From Marsupella aquatica (taxonomy: Eukaryota > Plantae > Marchantiophyta), in the NCBI GenBank assembly GCA_973895155.1, contig OZ316892.1, positions 1,863,223-1,927,222 of the forward strand: DNA of 64,000 bases, written 5' to 3'. Position 1 is the stretch's first letter, and the number at the start of each line of letters is the position of its first letter. The position numbers and the translations under genes were made by a program. Below, one piece after another: positions 17,401 through 28,722 of the stretch. Under the pieces are notes generated by a model. That model worked only from the letters and a program-made list of their open reading frames with translations, was not told the origin of the DNA and made no database searches.

Positions 17401-17789
17401 ACTTGGTTCGAGCGCGTCTTTTATCCGGTTTGGGCGTTGGTTCGGGGGCTTGGTTATCTGCAAACCCATTGTGGGCCCCCTTTCGTATGAGTTCTTTTGT
17501 CTTCACCACTTCCATGCGCCTCCGACTTGGTCTTCCCCACCCGTGCCTCCTTGGCCAACCCACATGCGTTTGTGGGGTGCCCCTGGATAGGGGGGGAGTC
17601 CATATCCTTCGATGTGGTCATGGTAGTGAGCGGATTGCGACTCACGATGACATACGGGATGTGGTGGCCCCCATTGCTCGTGATTTCGGGTATCATGTTA
17701 TGATGGAGCAATGACGTGTGTTACCACCCCGGGAAGGAGTTCCAGACAGGCGTTAGACTGATTTGGTTTTGGCCCCCACACTTCTACAC
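14500..17789 (+). mobile_element. Decayed CRE-clade non-LTR retrotransposon (zinc finger - RT - CCHC - start of restriction-like endonuclease)
   Basis: N-terminal finger CDACHSWYQPSGLTRQRRSC (~15215-15280). GEFSQAARSL..SLHPP. RT motifs QFGVATPGGCE, DVANAFNSISR, QGDPLGGALF, VANDTHI (decayed ADD), GIRVLGVPF. C-terminal RLRLGLP..CVCG..HILRC..THDDIRD. Several stops and frameshifts. The 5' boundary is approximate. Confidence 0.85.
15556..15842. mobile_element. MITE, 287 bp, with 8-bp TSD, inserted in the retroelement
   Basis: TIR CTCGGGGGGTTAACTA / TAGTCAACCCCCCGAG. Perfect TSD GTTCTCCC at 15548-15555 and 15843-15850. AT-rich interior. Confidence 0.9.
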
Positions 17790-18095
17790 CTTGGGGGGTT
17801 GACTATCAAAAATCTTAAGAACCACGTGCGATCCAAAATATATATTTTTGGTAAAAATTAACTAAATTTTTAAAAATTAACTAAATTTTTAAAAATTGTA
17901 GGAGGCAAAAGAAGGTATTATAAATTCATGTTTATAGAATATTCTTTAATATATACCTTTTATAAAATAAAATAGGTTATTAATATTGAAAATGGAGAAT
18001 ATTTTTGGAATATTTTGTTTATAAAATAGGTCTATTTATATTAGACTAGAATCGCACGTGGTACCCCAAAATATACACTTAGTTAACCCCCCGAG
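17790..18095. mobile_element. Second copy of the same MITE, inverted, no TSD
   Basis: Reverse complement of 15556-15842 with a short internal duplication. Flanks TTCTACAC / AACTGCGG do not match. Confidence 0.88.
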
Positions 18096-18670
18096 AACTG
18101 CGGTATAGTCATAACTCTAGACCTAAGAGTAAATACTAACAATGCATTCTAGTTAAGATTTAGGGTGTAGGGTTAATTAAGATGAGGTAAGTTAGGGTAA
18201 CTACCTAAATAGCAATAACTCACCCTAATATGGGCTGCAACACACATAGCTCTATTAGCAAGAACCTGGTTCACACATGCAACCCCTCTCATGCTGTCGT
18301 GTTGGGAATGGGTTTAGGGTTAGACCTCTACTCCCAGTTTCCTCTCCATGACCCTATTTATAATCAGAAAACCAGCTTAGACACTGTTTAGTGCGTGACT
18401 TTCAGATGTACTTCACTACTTTGGCTTAGTTCCAGGCCTCACATTGGCTGCAAGTTTGTGAAATAGGGGTTGGACAGGCTGTGACTATGGCCTGCGTCAT
18501 TTTAAGTGCATTCAGGTCATTTAAAAATGATCTAAAATTTGACACACAGATTTGCTCCACCAATTCAGGAAGGTAACTATTTTCTTCTCTTCTCCCGTTC
18601 CATATTGCTTCACAAATTCAGGAAAGGATAGTGTTTATGGTGAAACTTGGTGTAACCAGTTTTTTTTAAT

Positions 18671-18854
18671 CATGGCTAGTGGTAGGTTAAGGGATGCTTT
18701 TAAGTGACCAACTAACCAGATTACCTCCAACATTTCTGGACATTTGAGGGAGAGACCATTTTTGTCGTGGCTAGTGGTAGTTTAAGGGATGCTTTCAAGT
18801 GACCAACTAATGAGATTACCTCCAACATTTCTGGACATTTGAGAAGGAGACCAT
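18671..18854. repeat. Tandem duplication, 2 x ~96 bp
   Basis: tggctagtggtag..aagggatgctt..aagtgaccaactaa..gattacctccaacatttctggacatttgag..gagaccat occurs twice. Confidence 0.85.
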
Positions 18855-18959
18855 GGACCCAGTTTCTCTTTCAGTTTGGTCAGATGATGCCCACTTGGGA
18901 ATCTGCCTTTGTTCAATTGGCTAGAAGCGTTTTAGTACAGTAATTAACTGTGCACTAAT

Positions 18960-19718
18960 GTTCATTGGGTTTGCCGAATGAAAATTTTAATTCACGAAAC
19001 TTTTCTCATTTTGCATACGAAATTCTCATCAGGAGTGTTCATTGAGTTTGCCGAATGAAGGTTTTAATTCACGAAACTTTTCTCATTTTGCATATGGAAT
19101 TCTCATCAGTGGTGTTCATTAAGTTTGCTAAATGAAGGTTTTAATTCACGAAACTTTTCTCATTTTGCATACGAAATTCTCATCAGGAGTGTTCATTGAG
19201 TTTGCCGAATGAAGGTTTTAATTCACGAAACTTTTCTCATTTGCATACGGAATTCTCATCAGTGGTGTTCATTAAGTTTGCTAAATGAAGGTTTTAATTC
19301 ACGAAACTTTTCTCATTTTGCATACGGAATTCTCATAAGTAGTGTTCATTGAGTTTGCGAATGAAGGTTTTAATTCACGAAACTTTTCTCATTTTGCATA
19401 CGGAATTCTCATCAGTAGTGTTCATTGAGTTTGCTAAATGAAGGTTTTAATTCACGAAACTTTTCTCATTTTGCATACGGAATTCTCATCAGTAGTGTTC
19501 ATTGAGTTTGCCGAATGAAGGTTTTAATTCACGAAACTTTTCTCATTTTGCATACGGAATTCTCATCAGTGGTGTTCATTGAGTTTGCAGAATGAAGGTT
19601 TTAATTCACGAAACTTTTCTCATTTTGCATACGGAATTCTCATCAGTGGTGTTCATTGAGTTTACAGAATGAAGGTTTTAATTCACGAAACTTTTCTCAT
19701 TTTACATACGGAATTCTC
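18960..19718. repeat. Tandem minisatellite, 77-bp unit, ~10 copies
   Basis: Unit gttcattgagtttgccgaatgaaggttttaattcacgaaacttttctcattttgcatacggaattctcatcagtggt starts at 18960, 19037, 19114 and onward. There are no unique spacers. Confidence 0.97.
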
Positions 19719-20490
19719 TTCGTCCTCGACATTCTGGAATAGTCGCTGTTTCATGTCATCGCACACAAATGCAAGAAACATAGCCTCAGGGTAAAGAGAT
19801 GTCGGAAATTTCCATTCACATTGTGTTCGTGTTCGGAAACAACACAAAGATGGTCAGTGAAGAGAGTGGAACCTCAAGCCCACGAAACCCATTCTAAGAA
19901 AGAATGAATTGGATCGAGAATTCCTCACGAATATGGAACGAGGGTCATTGACTACTTCAAGGTCCAGATGCGAAAGCTTGAGTGGCTCATAATCTCAGTT
20001 CTGATGGTGCCCTTGAAAAATCCAGTGGTGTTGATTGCGATTGTTCCACTCTTCGTCTTACCCGTGCTTTGTAGTACCTCGGTGATTGTTATCTGGCTGA
20101 CATGGTGCTGCAGCTAGGCATGCGTTGTACACGACAACCCGATTATTCCTAAGGTTGAAAAACACTTCGTCTTCGGCTCGGGAGGCTTCATCCGCGACGT
20201 CTTGACATGGTGGAGACTTATGTAGGAGTGCACCTACCACAATTCGTGGGAAGGAGATGACCGGAACCTAACTGGCTTTCAACTCTCCTGAGCAACACAT
20301 CTCTTAAGAAAGCTTTACTGGACCGCACATGACAGGAATTATGCGAAGCTGAGTGTGAACCCGACAGCAGTCCCGTTCGACTAGAGTAACTTGAACTACG
20401 GCAGGAGGTGAAGACATATTTACGAGCATAGGGTAATCAGCTCGTCCGACGCTTGTGTATCAATTGATTCGTCTCAGAAGAGGAAAAGGA

Positions 20491-20706
20491 ATGGCGGGGC
20501 GCGGAGGAGCGAAGTTGTTTCTAGGAATGAGCGAGACGAAAGTGAAGAACGTAGCGGTTGCAGGGTCTCTGTCGGCGTTTGTGGCATCAGTCTATGTCTA
20601 CACGATGAAGGCGGTGGGTGGAACAGATGAATTGCAGGCTGCAGTGGAGGCATTCGAGAGAGAGAAGGCCTCCACCCTGTCGCACTCCGCCCCAACATCA
20701 ACCTGA
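20491..20706 (+). CDS. Small single-TM protein, plant COA3-like cytochrome c oxidase assembly factor (71 aa, single coding exon)
   Basis: KVKNVAVAGSLSAFVASVYVYTMKAVGGTDELQAAVEAFE matches the plant COA3/CCDC56-like pattern KNxxVAGGLxxFVxxVYxYTMxAVGGTDEL recalled from At2g43780. ATG context ggaATGG. Confidence 0.85.
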   Translation: MAGRGGAKLFLGMSETKVKNVAVAGSLSAFVASVYVYTMKAVGGTDELQAAVEAFEREKASTLSHSAPTST

Positions 20707-20843
20707 TAATAGTTCTATCAGAAGCTTTGTTTGATTTCGCTTTTCCTGGTGAGGTTATTATTTTTTTTCGGAGGAAGTCGTACATCCGCGTCGAGAAAAG
20801 AGGCAAATTGTGGCAGTGTTGATACTGGCGGTAGCTTTTAGAG

Positions 20844-23800
20844 ATGGAGGAGGCTAGTTCCTCGTCTGCACAACTCCAGAATGGTCCATCCAGAGCAGGA
20901 GCCGGAAGCAGCAGCCAGCAAGACGTCGGCACGATTAACGGGAGGGTAGAGGAGATGATGACTCAATATCCATCCGCTGATCAGCCTGAAATGATGCGGG
21001 CTGCAGAGAAGGATGATCACTACGTGTCGCAATTGTGTGAGGCCTGCTATGATGCATTTCGCTCGACTTTTGGTAAATTTTCTCCTCCAGGTTTAGTGCA
21101 GTGCCCTTGTTCATGTTCATGATTGTTCCTCTTGCCAATTCTCGGTTTACTGTCACAGGGCTCTACTCAATTTAATTTGTTTGCAGTCCTACGTAAATTG
21201 TAGGATATTTTATGGATAAACATAGGTTTTCCCTAGCACTTACTGACGAATTCGCTTTGTGATAATTAGGCACAAGGTTGGCTGTGGCTTATCAGAATGA
21301 GGTGAGACAATGTTCTTCAACTTCTGTGTATTTCAGATGGATATGGATTCTTCAGGCGCAGTTGCGCTAGGATTGCTTTTCTTAGACATGACCTCTCGAG
21401 ATATGGTTTTGGAAACTGCTCTCAACCTAGAACTGGCCAAGTATAGCGACTGGATTGTTCAATTGGATCTGGACGTGGGTAATTCCCAGTAGAAGATACT
21501 GTTAACAAGCAAAGGCTGGTAATTTTCAGTTGAGTATGGCCGGGCGAGTGCTTTACTACCTCCTGACAACGGGAGCAGGGCTTCAAACCCTTGGGGAAGA
21601 ATATTGCGACATTGTTCAGGTATGCCCATTCGATGAATCAAGATTGGAATAATTGGCAGAACTATTCAGGCTCCACCAGCGTGGGCTTTCTCTGTGGTAA
21701 TACTGTTTCCTGAATTTGCACATGTTCTTCCAGCATGGATCCAACTCGACAAGCCTTTTGGACAATGTCTCTGATTTCTGGTGAAAGGTCAATATTGACA
21801 GTGAAATCTATTCATACAATTGAACAGGTTGGCGGCCCGTCTGGACTCCCTCCTTCGCCAGCCAGGCGAACTACTCTTGTGTTTTACCAAACCATGTTAC
21901 CCTACCTCGCCGACCGTCTCAGGTAATTGGCTTCGTTTGCGATCCCTTGTGAAAGGGGGTCCTTCAGGTTAAAGTTCTAAGTCTAGCATTTATCTATAAC
22001 ATGTTTGCCAGAAATTTAGTGTGGAGTTTTGTTGAGTGTTCCTGTGCCTAAGTCATGGATATGGTTATTGTGGTGTTGCATTAGTGGAAGGGCAGCTGCG
22101 CGAGGGCATTTTCTCGGAGCTGAGACGGATGAGGACGATAATCAGGAGAGTGAACAAAGTACTGTCGGCGAGGAGTCCGAGTCAGCAAGACAAGAATGGA
22201 GAGAGCGCAGGAGTGCTGATGGAGCGAGTACCAGCGAAAGGCCTTCTTTGACTGCAAGATTACACGAAACATGGAATGGAGCGCTCCGGCGTTGGCCCGT
22301 GGTAATACTTTATTTCATCAATTAACTTTTAAACAAAGAGATCAGCTCTCATCTTTATCTACAATTATTAGCAACTGTTCTTCGTACTTGTTCGTTATGC
22401 TCACTTATGCATGACTAATACTTGATGCGATTTCTTACCAAAACTTTTGACGTGGTGGTTGTGCAGTTACTGCCCTCAGTGCGTGATGCAATGGTGCTCA
22501 TTTTGCGCACACACCTAATGGTCTATTATTTTGAAGGTATTGGAAGGATCACCAGGTTCTTGGCCCCAGTTAAAAATCGAACAGGTCCAGTTAATAGTTA
22601 GGGTGTACGAAAGTCTTTTTGGATACTAAATGTGAGAAGGCTTATCGAGGCTAAACCCCAAACGCTAAACATCTCTTGCTATAAATTTGTGGACTGGTGA
22701 TTATTGGGGCAAGGATCTAGTCCGAACAGAACGAAGTCAGCTCCTGTCCCCTCAGAGTGAAGCTCATGGTGCAGGAAATGAGATCAGGTTATCTTGTCTG
22801 TGTCATCATGGCAGGTCTCTACTATCACATAGGAAAGCGAGCTGCAGGTATACGTTACGTTTACACGGGGAAACCAAGTCAGCAAAGGCCAAGGTACTCG
22901 TTATCTTAGTGGGAGATTTGCGCGAGGCAAAACAGTTTTTCTGAGCAGGTGTCTAGGACCAAGCCATGTGCAAATGAATGGCCTGAACATTTCCAGACTC
23001 TTCCATTCGCGCTGCCCTGAACATTTGGCATGTGGATGTGAGTGTGCAGGTATCACATACTTGGTTTGTTCCTGTTTTTCCAGCTAAGTTTTGTATATGG
23101 AGACTGGCTGACACGAACTTTTCTCCCGGCAGTCGCGTCATCGATGCGGTCAAGGGTGTCTGCACAGTCGTTTGCACGTACAGGTCTCCTCTTAGCTCGG
23201 TTATTTTTAAGATTAGTTCTATTTCAGAGAGTTGCATAATTTACCTATAAAACAACTAACCTTCCATTTGATTTTATATTTCAGGTGCCCGAGGCATAGT
23301 AGTTTTAGATGAAGATGGTGTTGAAGCTCATGATAAATCTAGCACAAGATCAGCAACTTCGTGGACTGATTCTGAGGTTTTCGTCTTCCCTGTCTTTTTG
23401 CTTCAGTTCCTGCAGTAAGAGAGTGACAGTCGTCAACTAGCCTTAAACAAAGCTGTATTGTTTGATCTGAATAAAGTTGAGATGGCGCCGCTTGATCAGA
23501 TGTCCCTTTTTCACTTGTGGCACCGCCTCATAATCATTTTGCGACTGTCCAGTGGAATTCAAATTCTTCGATTCCTTCGAAAGTGCGTATCTCGAGAAAT
23601 TGTATCGTTCTAGTTTTTTTCTTTTAAATCTTTGTTTTTCATTTCTTTTAATAACTTTGTAAATGTGCAGGGCCCTGGATCGAGTAAATGTCCTCTATGT
23701 TTGAGTCCACGCCAGGATCCAACTGCTACGCCATGTGGTCATGTCTTTTGCTGGTAAGATGACTAAATAACCTGAGAATTTCCATTCCTGGAATGTCACT

Positions 23801-24160
23801 ACTGCCGTGAAAACTTTGACCCCGGCAATTAAAGTTTGTGGAGGAATGCAAAAACAGCGATTTGCAACTGTTTTTTGTTACGAATCAAGTGTCATCATCA
23901 GTTTCAGGTCTTAGGATTACGTGGGATGTGTCGCTAGCTTTAGGGTTTAGTTTCCCTTCAAGTTTCTAGAACCTGGATGATTGTTCTACACATTTGTTCT
24001 TGGGTTCTAAGAGTAATAGTTAAATATGTACTAAACTGAAGTTGGACACGTGACCAGGACTTGTGTTGCAGAATGGTGTAATGAGAAACCAGAGTGCCCC
24101 TTATGCAGATCTCCTGTTAAGCACCCTGACTTGGTATGCGTATATCACGCCAATTTTTGA
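20844..24160 (+). CDS. PEX10: Peroxisome biogenesis factor 10 (RING E3 ligase), 11 exons
   Basis: Exons 20844-21072, 21270-21301, 21530-21619, 21828-21922, 22085-22301, 22467-22536, 22815-22893, 23050-23183, 23285-23376, 23671-23753, 24058-24160. Motifs [40 protein letters not shown] and [31 protein letters not shown]. Confidence 0.97.
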
Positions 24161-26184
24161 AAAGCAAAGGAACGGCTGGGGCTTTTGTTATAACGGGCTT
24201 TTGTTTCTTTTCTTGGGGTTTCATCCTAAACGTTTTGACATGGTGTCGATTCATGTAAAGTGCACCTTCACTACTCGAAAGGAGATTACGTGAACGTAAC
24301 TGGCCTTCAGCTCTACCGAGCAACACATCTCCTTACAAGACTTTAATTTCAGGAATATAAATCCTTCAGCTTTCCTCCTCTGTTAAAGTCCAGCTGTTGG
24401 CTCTGATACCAACTGAAGCTGTCCAGAGGGTACGGTACGGGGCAGGCGGAAACTCGATTATTGGCTCTGGCGGATATCAACTCGTGAGAATTCCAGAGTA
24501 ATCGGGTGACATGAGATCAGGCACAAGAATGTTGTCAATGACTACTTTACGGTGATAGCCCCGTCATAGCTATCAACGTGGTTGTGACGTGTAATTGGTG
24601 TTTGGGATTACCTATCCCTGCCAGTTGGATGAAGGTGAGCTAGCATTCAGGGTTTAGCGAAAGCAGCAGTGGTACGAGGAGAAGAAACAGATTAGACTTA
24701 ACAGTATACCCTTTACGTCTCCGAATCGCTTATTAGGGACTGCTACCCAAGCTAGGTTAATTGTCTTTCCATAGAAGAAATTGTTCTGTGGGCCTGCCGT
24801 AGACCTCGGCGCATGATGGGAAACTTGATATCTCCGAACGAGCGGCATATCAGATTTATGCTTTCTACAACCAACGACCGTGAAACCTCGCGCTGGGTCA
24901 TACATTTGCACATCATGCGACACATGCAATTCAAGAAATGTTCGCACTCTATGCATTCAGGGACAGTCGAGCTTTTTATGGGCAGGAGACAGTGGAGGGT
25001 GAACAAGGCTTCACATCCCAATTTCAAAACTGATTTGTCACTTTCAGTGAGCTATTCAAATGTAATCGTTCACTTTCAAGTCTTCTACTCATGTAAAATT
25101 CTCGGGCAGAAAGCCGCCGCTTTTCATGTTACTGTTGTCCTTCATCATCTTGTAGCTTTGTTAGGAGATCGAGAGGGATGGTTATCGGCTGCAGATCACT
25201 TAGAAAGATACTTGATAATCTATTACTTCCACAAGATTGTCAAGCTAAGTAAACATTTGGTCGCCACAAAGCTGAACAAAACGGAAACCTACTGCTGCCG
25301 GCTCCTCGCTCGTCGTTTTAAGTGAATTCTTAGAAAATTGTTAAGGTGTAAGAGTGACTATCTCCAAAAATTATTAACGGTAATTCGCTAATCATGGGAT
25401 GTTAGAAAAAGCGATTCACCACACAATATTCCCTGAAAACATCAACCGCATATCATACTCGGCCCCATTTGCAGAACTGTCCACGTCACGCATGATAGCT
25501 ACTCCAAATAGAAATGTAAACACAAATGAGTAGCTGTTGAGACAAGTTTAGATTCGTGTGTATTTCAATAGTTGCCCTGCACACTTCCGTTGTATGCGGA
25601 GGCACGGCTCCTTGTTTTCCAGAGGTTGCAGCTCCCATACAAACCTACAAAGCTGACACATCTGTACCTTCCCTCTTTGTGATACAATTGATGCAAACTA
25701 TAAACGTCCAGCTGATACCATGTGAAAGATCCTATCGAAGGCCCTGTAAAAGATGGGGCCGTATCAAAAGAATCATTGCTAAACAGGTAGCATTCAGCTT
25801 TGCCAGCTACTACTTCAAATAGCACTTCTAGCCTAACTCTAAATTTTCCTATCAACGAGGGATGTGGAAAGGCACTTCTGAGCTCTAATCATTACTACAA
25901 CTTTGTCCGCTCCTTACGAGTCTGTCTCTACACAGGTACCCAGCTCACTGTGAGCACTGAAACAACTACATAATTATGTTGCGACTAGTGTTAGCAATTG
26001 TCAGTTAACCAGGATCGGGTGTTTTCCAGCACCTTGATAATAGTACTCTGCAGAATATTTCAGAACGCTCTTCCAGACAAACTTTTTTTGTCCATACTGT
26101 GGCATCCAGATACCTACTTTCAACTTACATGTTACAAGAATGTGACAATGTGATGGGGAAAAACTGAATAAACTTGTCCTCAGA

Positions 26185-28428
26185 CTACGTCTTGATAGAT
26201 GGATCCTTGACATCTGGGTTTGACTCCTCTGTGGCGACAGTACGCTTGTACTCCGGCTTGAGCTCATAGGTGCCCTGGTTGGCTCCCCTCTTGTTGTAAA
26301 CACAAAGATCATTCAACACCTCCTTCAAGAAAGCCTGTAGAGGTCATTCATGCAAAAACATTAGGATAGATAGACATCCCGAAAACAGTCACAGGAGATT
26401 AATGTGCGACGAATGCGAAGATTGCTCCAGCAAATATCGATGGCAAAACCAATAGGTTCCAATGCGACGGAAGACCACAGAAGAAGAGCCGCTAAATTGT
26501 GCAAGATATTAAGCAAGCTACACTTGCAAATATTCTCAAAACGAAAGACTGAAATACTCAAAGAGGGGGACGATGAGTTACACACCACCGGTTGATCTGT
26601 TTCTTGTACAAGCTGCCTCAGTGTCCAGTTGGGTTGTCTCTCGAACAGCTTGAACACATCCTCTTCTAGTTGAGTGCGCTCTCTTCTAATCCTTTTGCCT
26701 TCTGGTTGCTTGGGAGGCGCTATCGTTCTCTTCTTATCCTTCAAGGTTAACCCGAGCAACTTGCTGAGAACAACTAATCTAACTGAAAATGAAAACGAAA
26801 GCACATTCCCAAAACAGCATGCACACTTCACCTTTCACACATTTGCAAATAAGACATTTTAGAGGCGGCGCATGCTGAGGGATGATACCTTGCCGGCAGT
26901 GGGCCACATTGTCACAGGCATAGGCCTCATGTAGCTTCCCCGGTCATTGTCCAGCCTCTGCTTCCCACCAAGAGAGTGCAGTCAGAGACGAAAAGGAGAT
27001 AAAAGTTTGAGGAAAACAGGTCTCAGCAATATCAACGGGAAGCAGTTCGAACAATAGCAGGTAATACACTGGTCGTTGAGTTGCGCACCTGTACTGTCCT
27101 GGTTTTGATCAAGGATTTATTAAGTCGTTCACGACAAAGCTTCCGGTACGCTTCATCACCTAGACTGGTGGGCTTCATATCGAATTTGTGTTCCACCTTT
27201 CCTTCCACGGACAGCTTGCCTGCGACATATCCCAATGATCATGTCGCCTGCTTCAACCAACGACAACACAAATAGGGTCCAATCGAGTCATGCAATAAGG
27301 ATAGCTAACTTTGCTCCTGACTACTCCTTCAGGCACAGCAGCTTGTTCTTTCACTATAGGGATCCACGGAAGAATGGCTAGGATGTGAGAATCAGTCGGC
27401 AGCAAAAGACTGCAAAAGATCATAGCGGAGTATCATATGGAAAGAAGCAATCCCCACCTTGGGGCGTTTCTGCAAAGACGTGCATGGGAACAACATCCTT
27501 TGTGAAATTCAGGTCATAACTCTTGGATGATCCCTCAGGTTCCTTCGCTGCCACGTCCATGGTAAACTGACATCCAACAGCGTAACTCCAAACTCAACAA
27601 ACAAACAACTAAACCAATATCCTCTTGCCAAATGCGGGTGACCTAAAACTGAACTCCAATTGTGGCAAAGGGAAGGGAAAGGACACTGCTGAACCCAACA
27701 TGGACAATTGCCTGACTTCAGGCGAAGTCAAAGCGATACAACAGGATTGTGAGAGATTACAGTATTTCGATGAGCACCGACGAACGTTGCAAGTAAGGAC
27801 CTGCTACTACATCGCGACATCAGACTTTCAAAACTGCCAGACTAATGAATCCATTCCCAGAAAAACTAACTTTCCACCTTGACCTAATGTCCAACGCCGA
27901 TGTTTATACAATGGTTCAAAAACGACGGGAGACGTGATTTTTGAGCATGTTAATCTATTGAAAGCTGTAGAACAAACCAGAACAATCTACTGAGTTCCCA
28001 AACTAATTTTATACTATAGGTGACCATATTCACCACTAGTACATATCGGTCGGACGAGATTGCCAACACAAAAGACGCACTCAACCTCAACAAATTTCCT
28101 TCCATAGAGACAATCAGAGCAATCTCGGCTTCGTTTTTGCTCAAATTACGCCCTCTATAGCTCACGATGTCAGAAGCTCCCCAGAAGGAAAAAGGAGAAG
28201 AGAGAAAATGCTCCTTTCTGGCTTCCGGAATGTACTCACCTGAAGCAAAGAGGCGTCCTCCGGATGGGCAGGGTCCAAGGAGATGACGAGCTTGCCCAGC
28301 ACCGGGGGCGGCTGCTTCCATTGCAACGCAACTGCATTCGGCACTTTGAGCAGCCAGATATTCCTATCCGCCAGTCGGGTGTCTACGTTCGGCACCACGG
28401 GTAGCTTCTCTTCTGCATCGCCCGCCAT
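26185..28428 (-). CDS. GTF2F2: General transcription factor IIF beta subunit (RAP30), 6 exons
   Basis: Exons 28428-28240, 27566-27458, 27219-27089, 26957-26889, 26738-26586, 26334-26185. Motifs ADRNIWLLKVP, VEGKVEHKFDMKP, FKLFERQPNWTLRQLVQETDQPVAFLKEVLNDLCVYNKRG..YELKPEYK. Confidence 0.95.
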
Positions 28429-28722
28429 CGTTTTATCCTCTGCCTGCAGAGAACTGCGGGTACACTTCCCCTACGTGTGAAGATGATGATGATGACGATC
28501 TGATCGCGGTCGATGCCACCGTTTTTGCTTGTCTTCCGGCGAATTTGATCTCAACAATCTCGTGAGAGTCTCCGAAGTGAGACCGATTGGCAGCGAAACA
28601 CAACAGACGGAAGCAGAGCAAAGGCACGAGAAAACAATGAAGAAAAACGTCTGCGAACGCTTTGAGGAAACGCTTCGTTACATGTGTTACTTCGTCCTCA
28701 AGTGTAGTCCTGTAACGATATG

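Noticed and set aside
18155-18325. Interstitial telomeric repeat as the retroelement target
   Set aside because: Only scattered TTAGGG/TTTAGGG words with no array, and they are separated from the element by the MITE.
18960-19718. CRISPR array
   Set aside because: Units are contiguous near-identical copies with no unique spacers, there are no cas genes, and the context is eukaryotic.
24340-24411. tRNA-iMet gene
   Set aside because: Only the 3' 13 nt match and there is no cloverleaf.
24813-25325. 170-aa ORF between PEX10 and TFIIF beta
   Set aside because: No recognisable motif or splice structure; probably a chance ORF.
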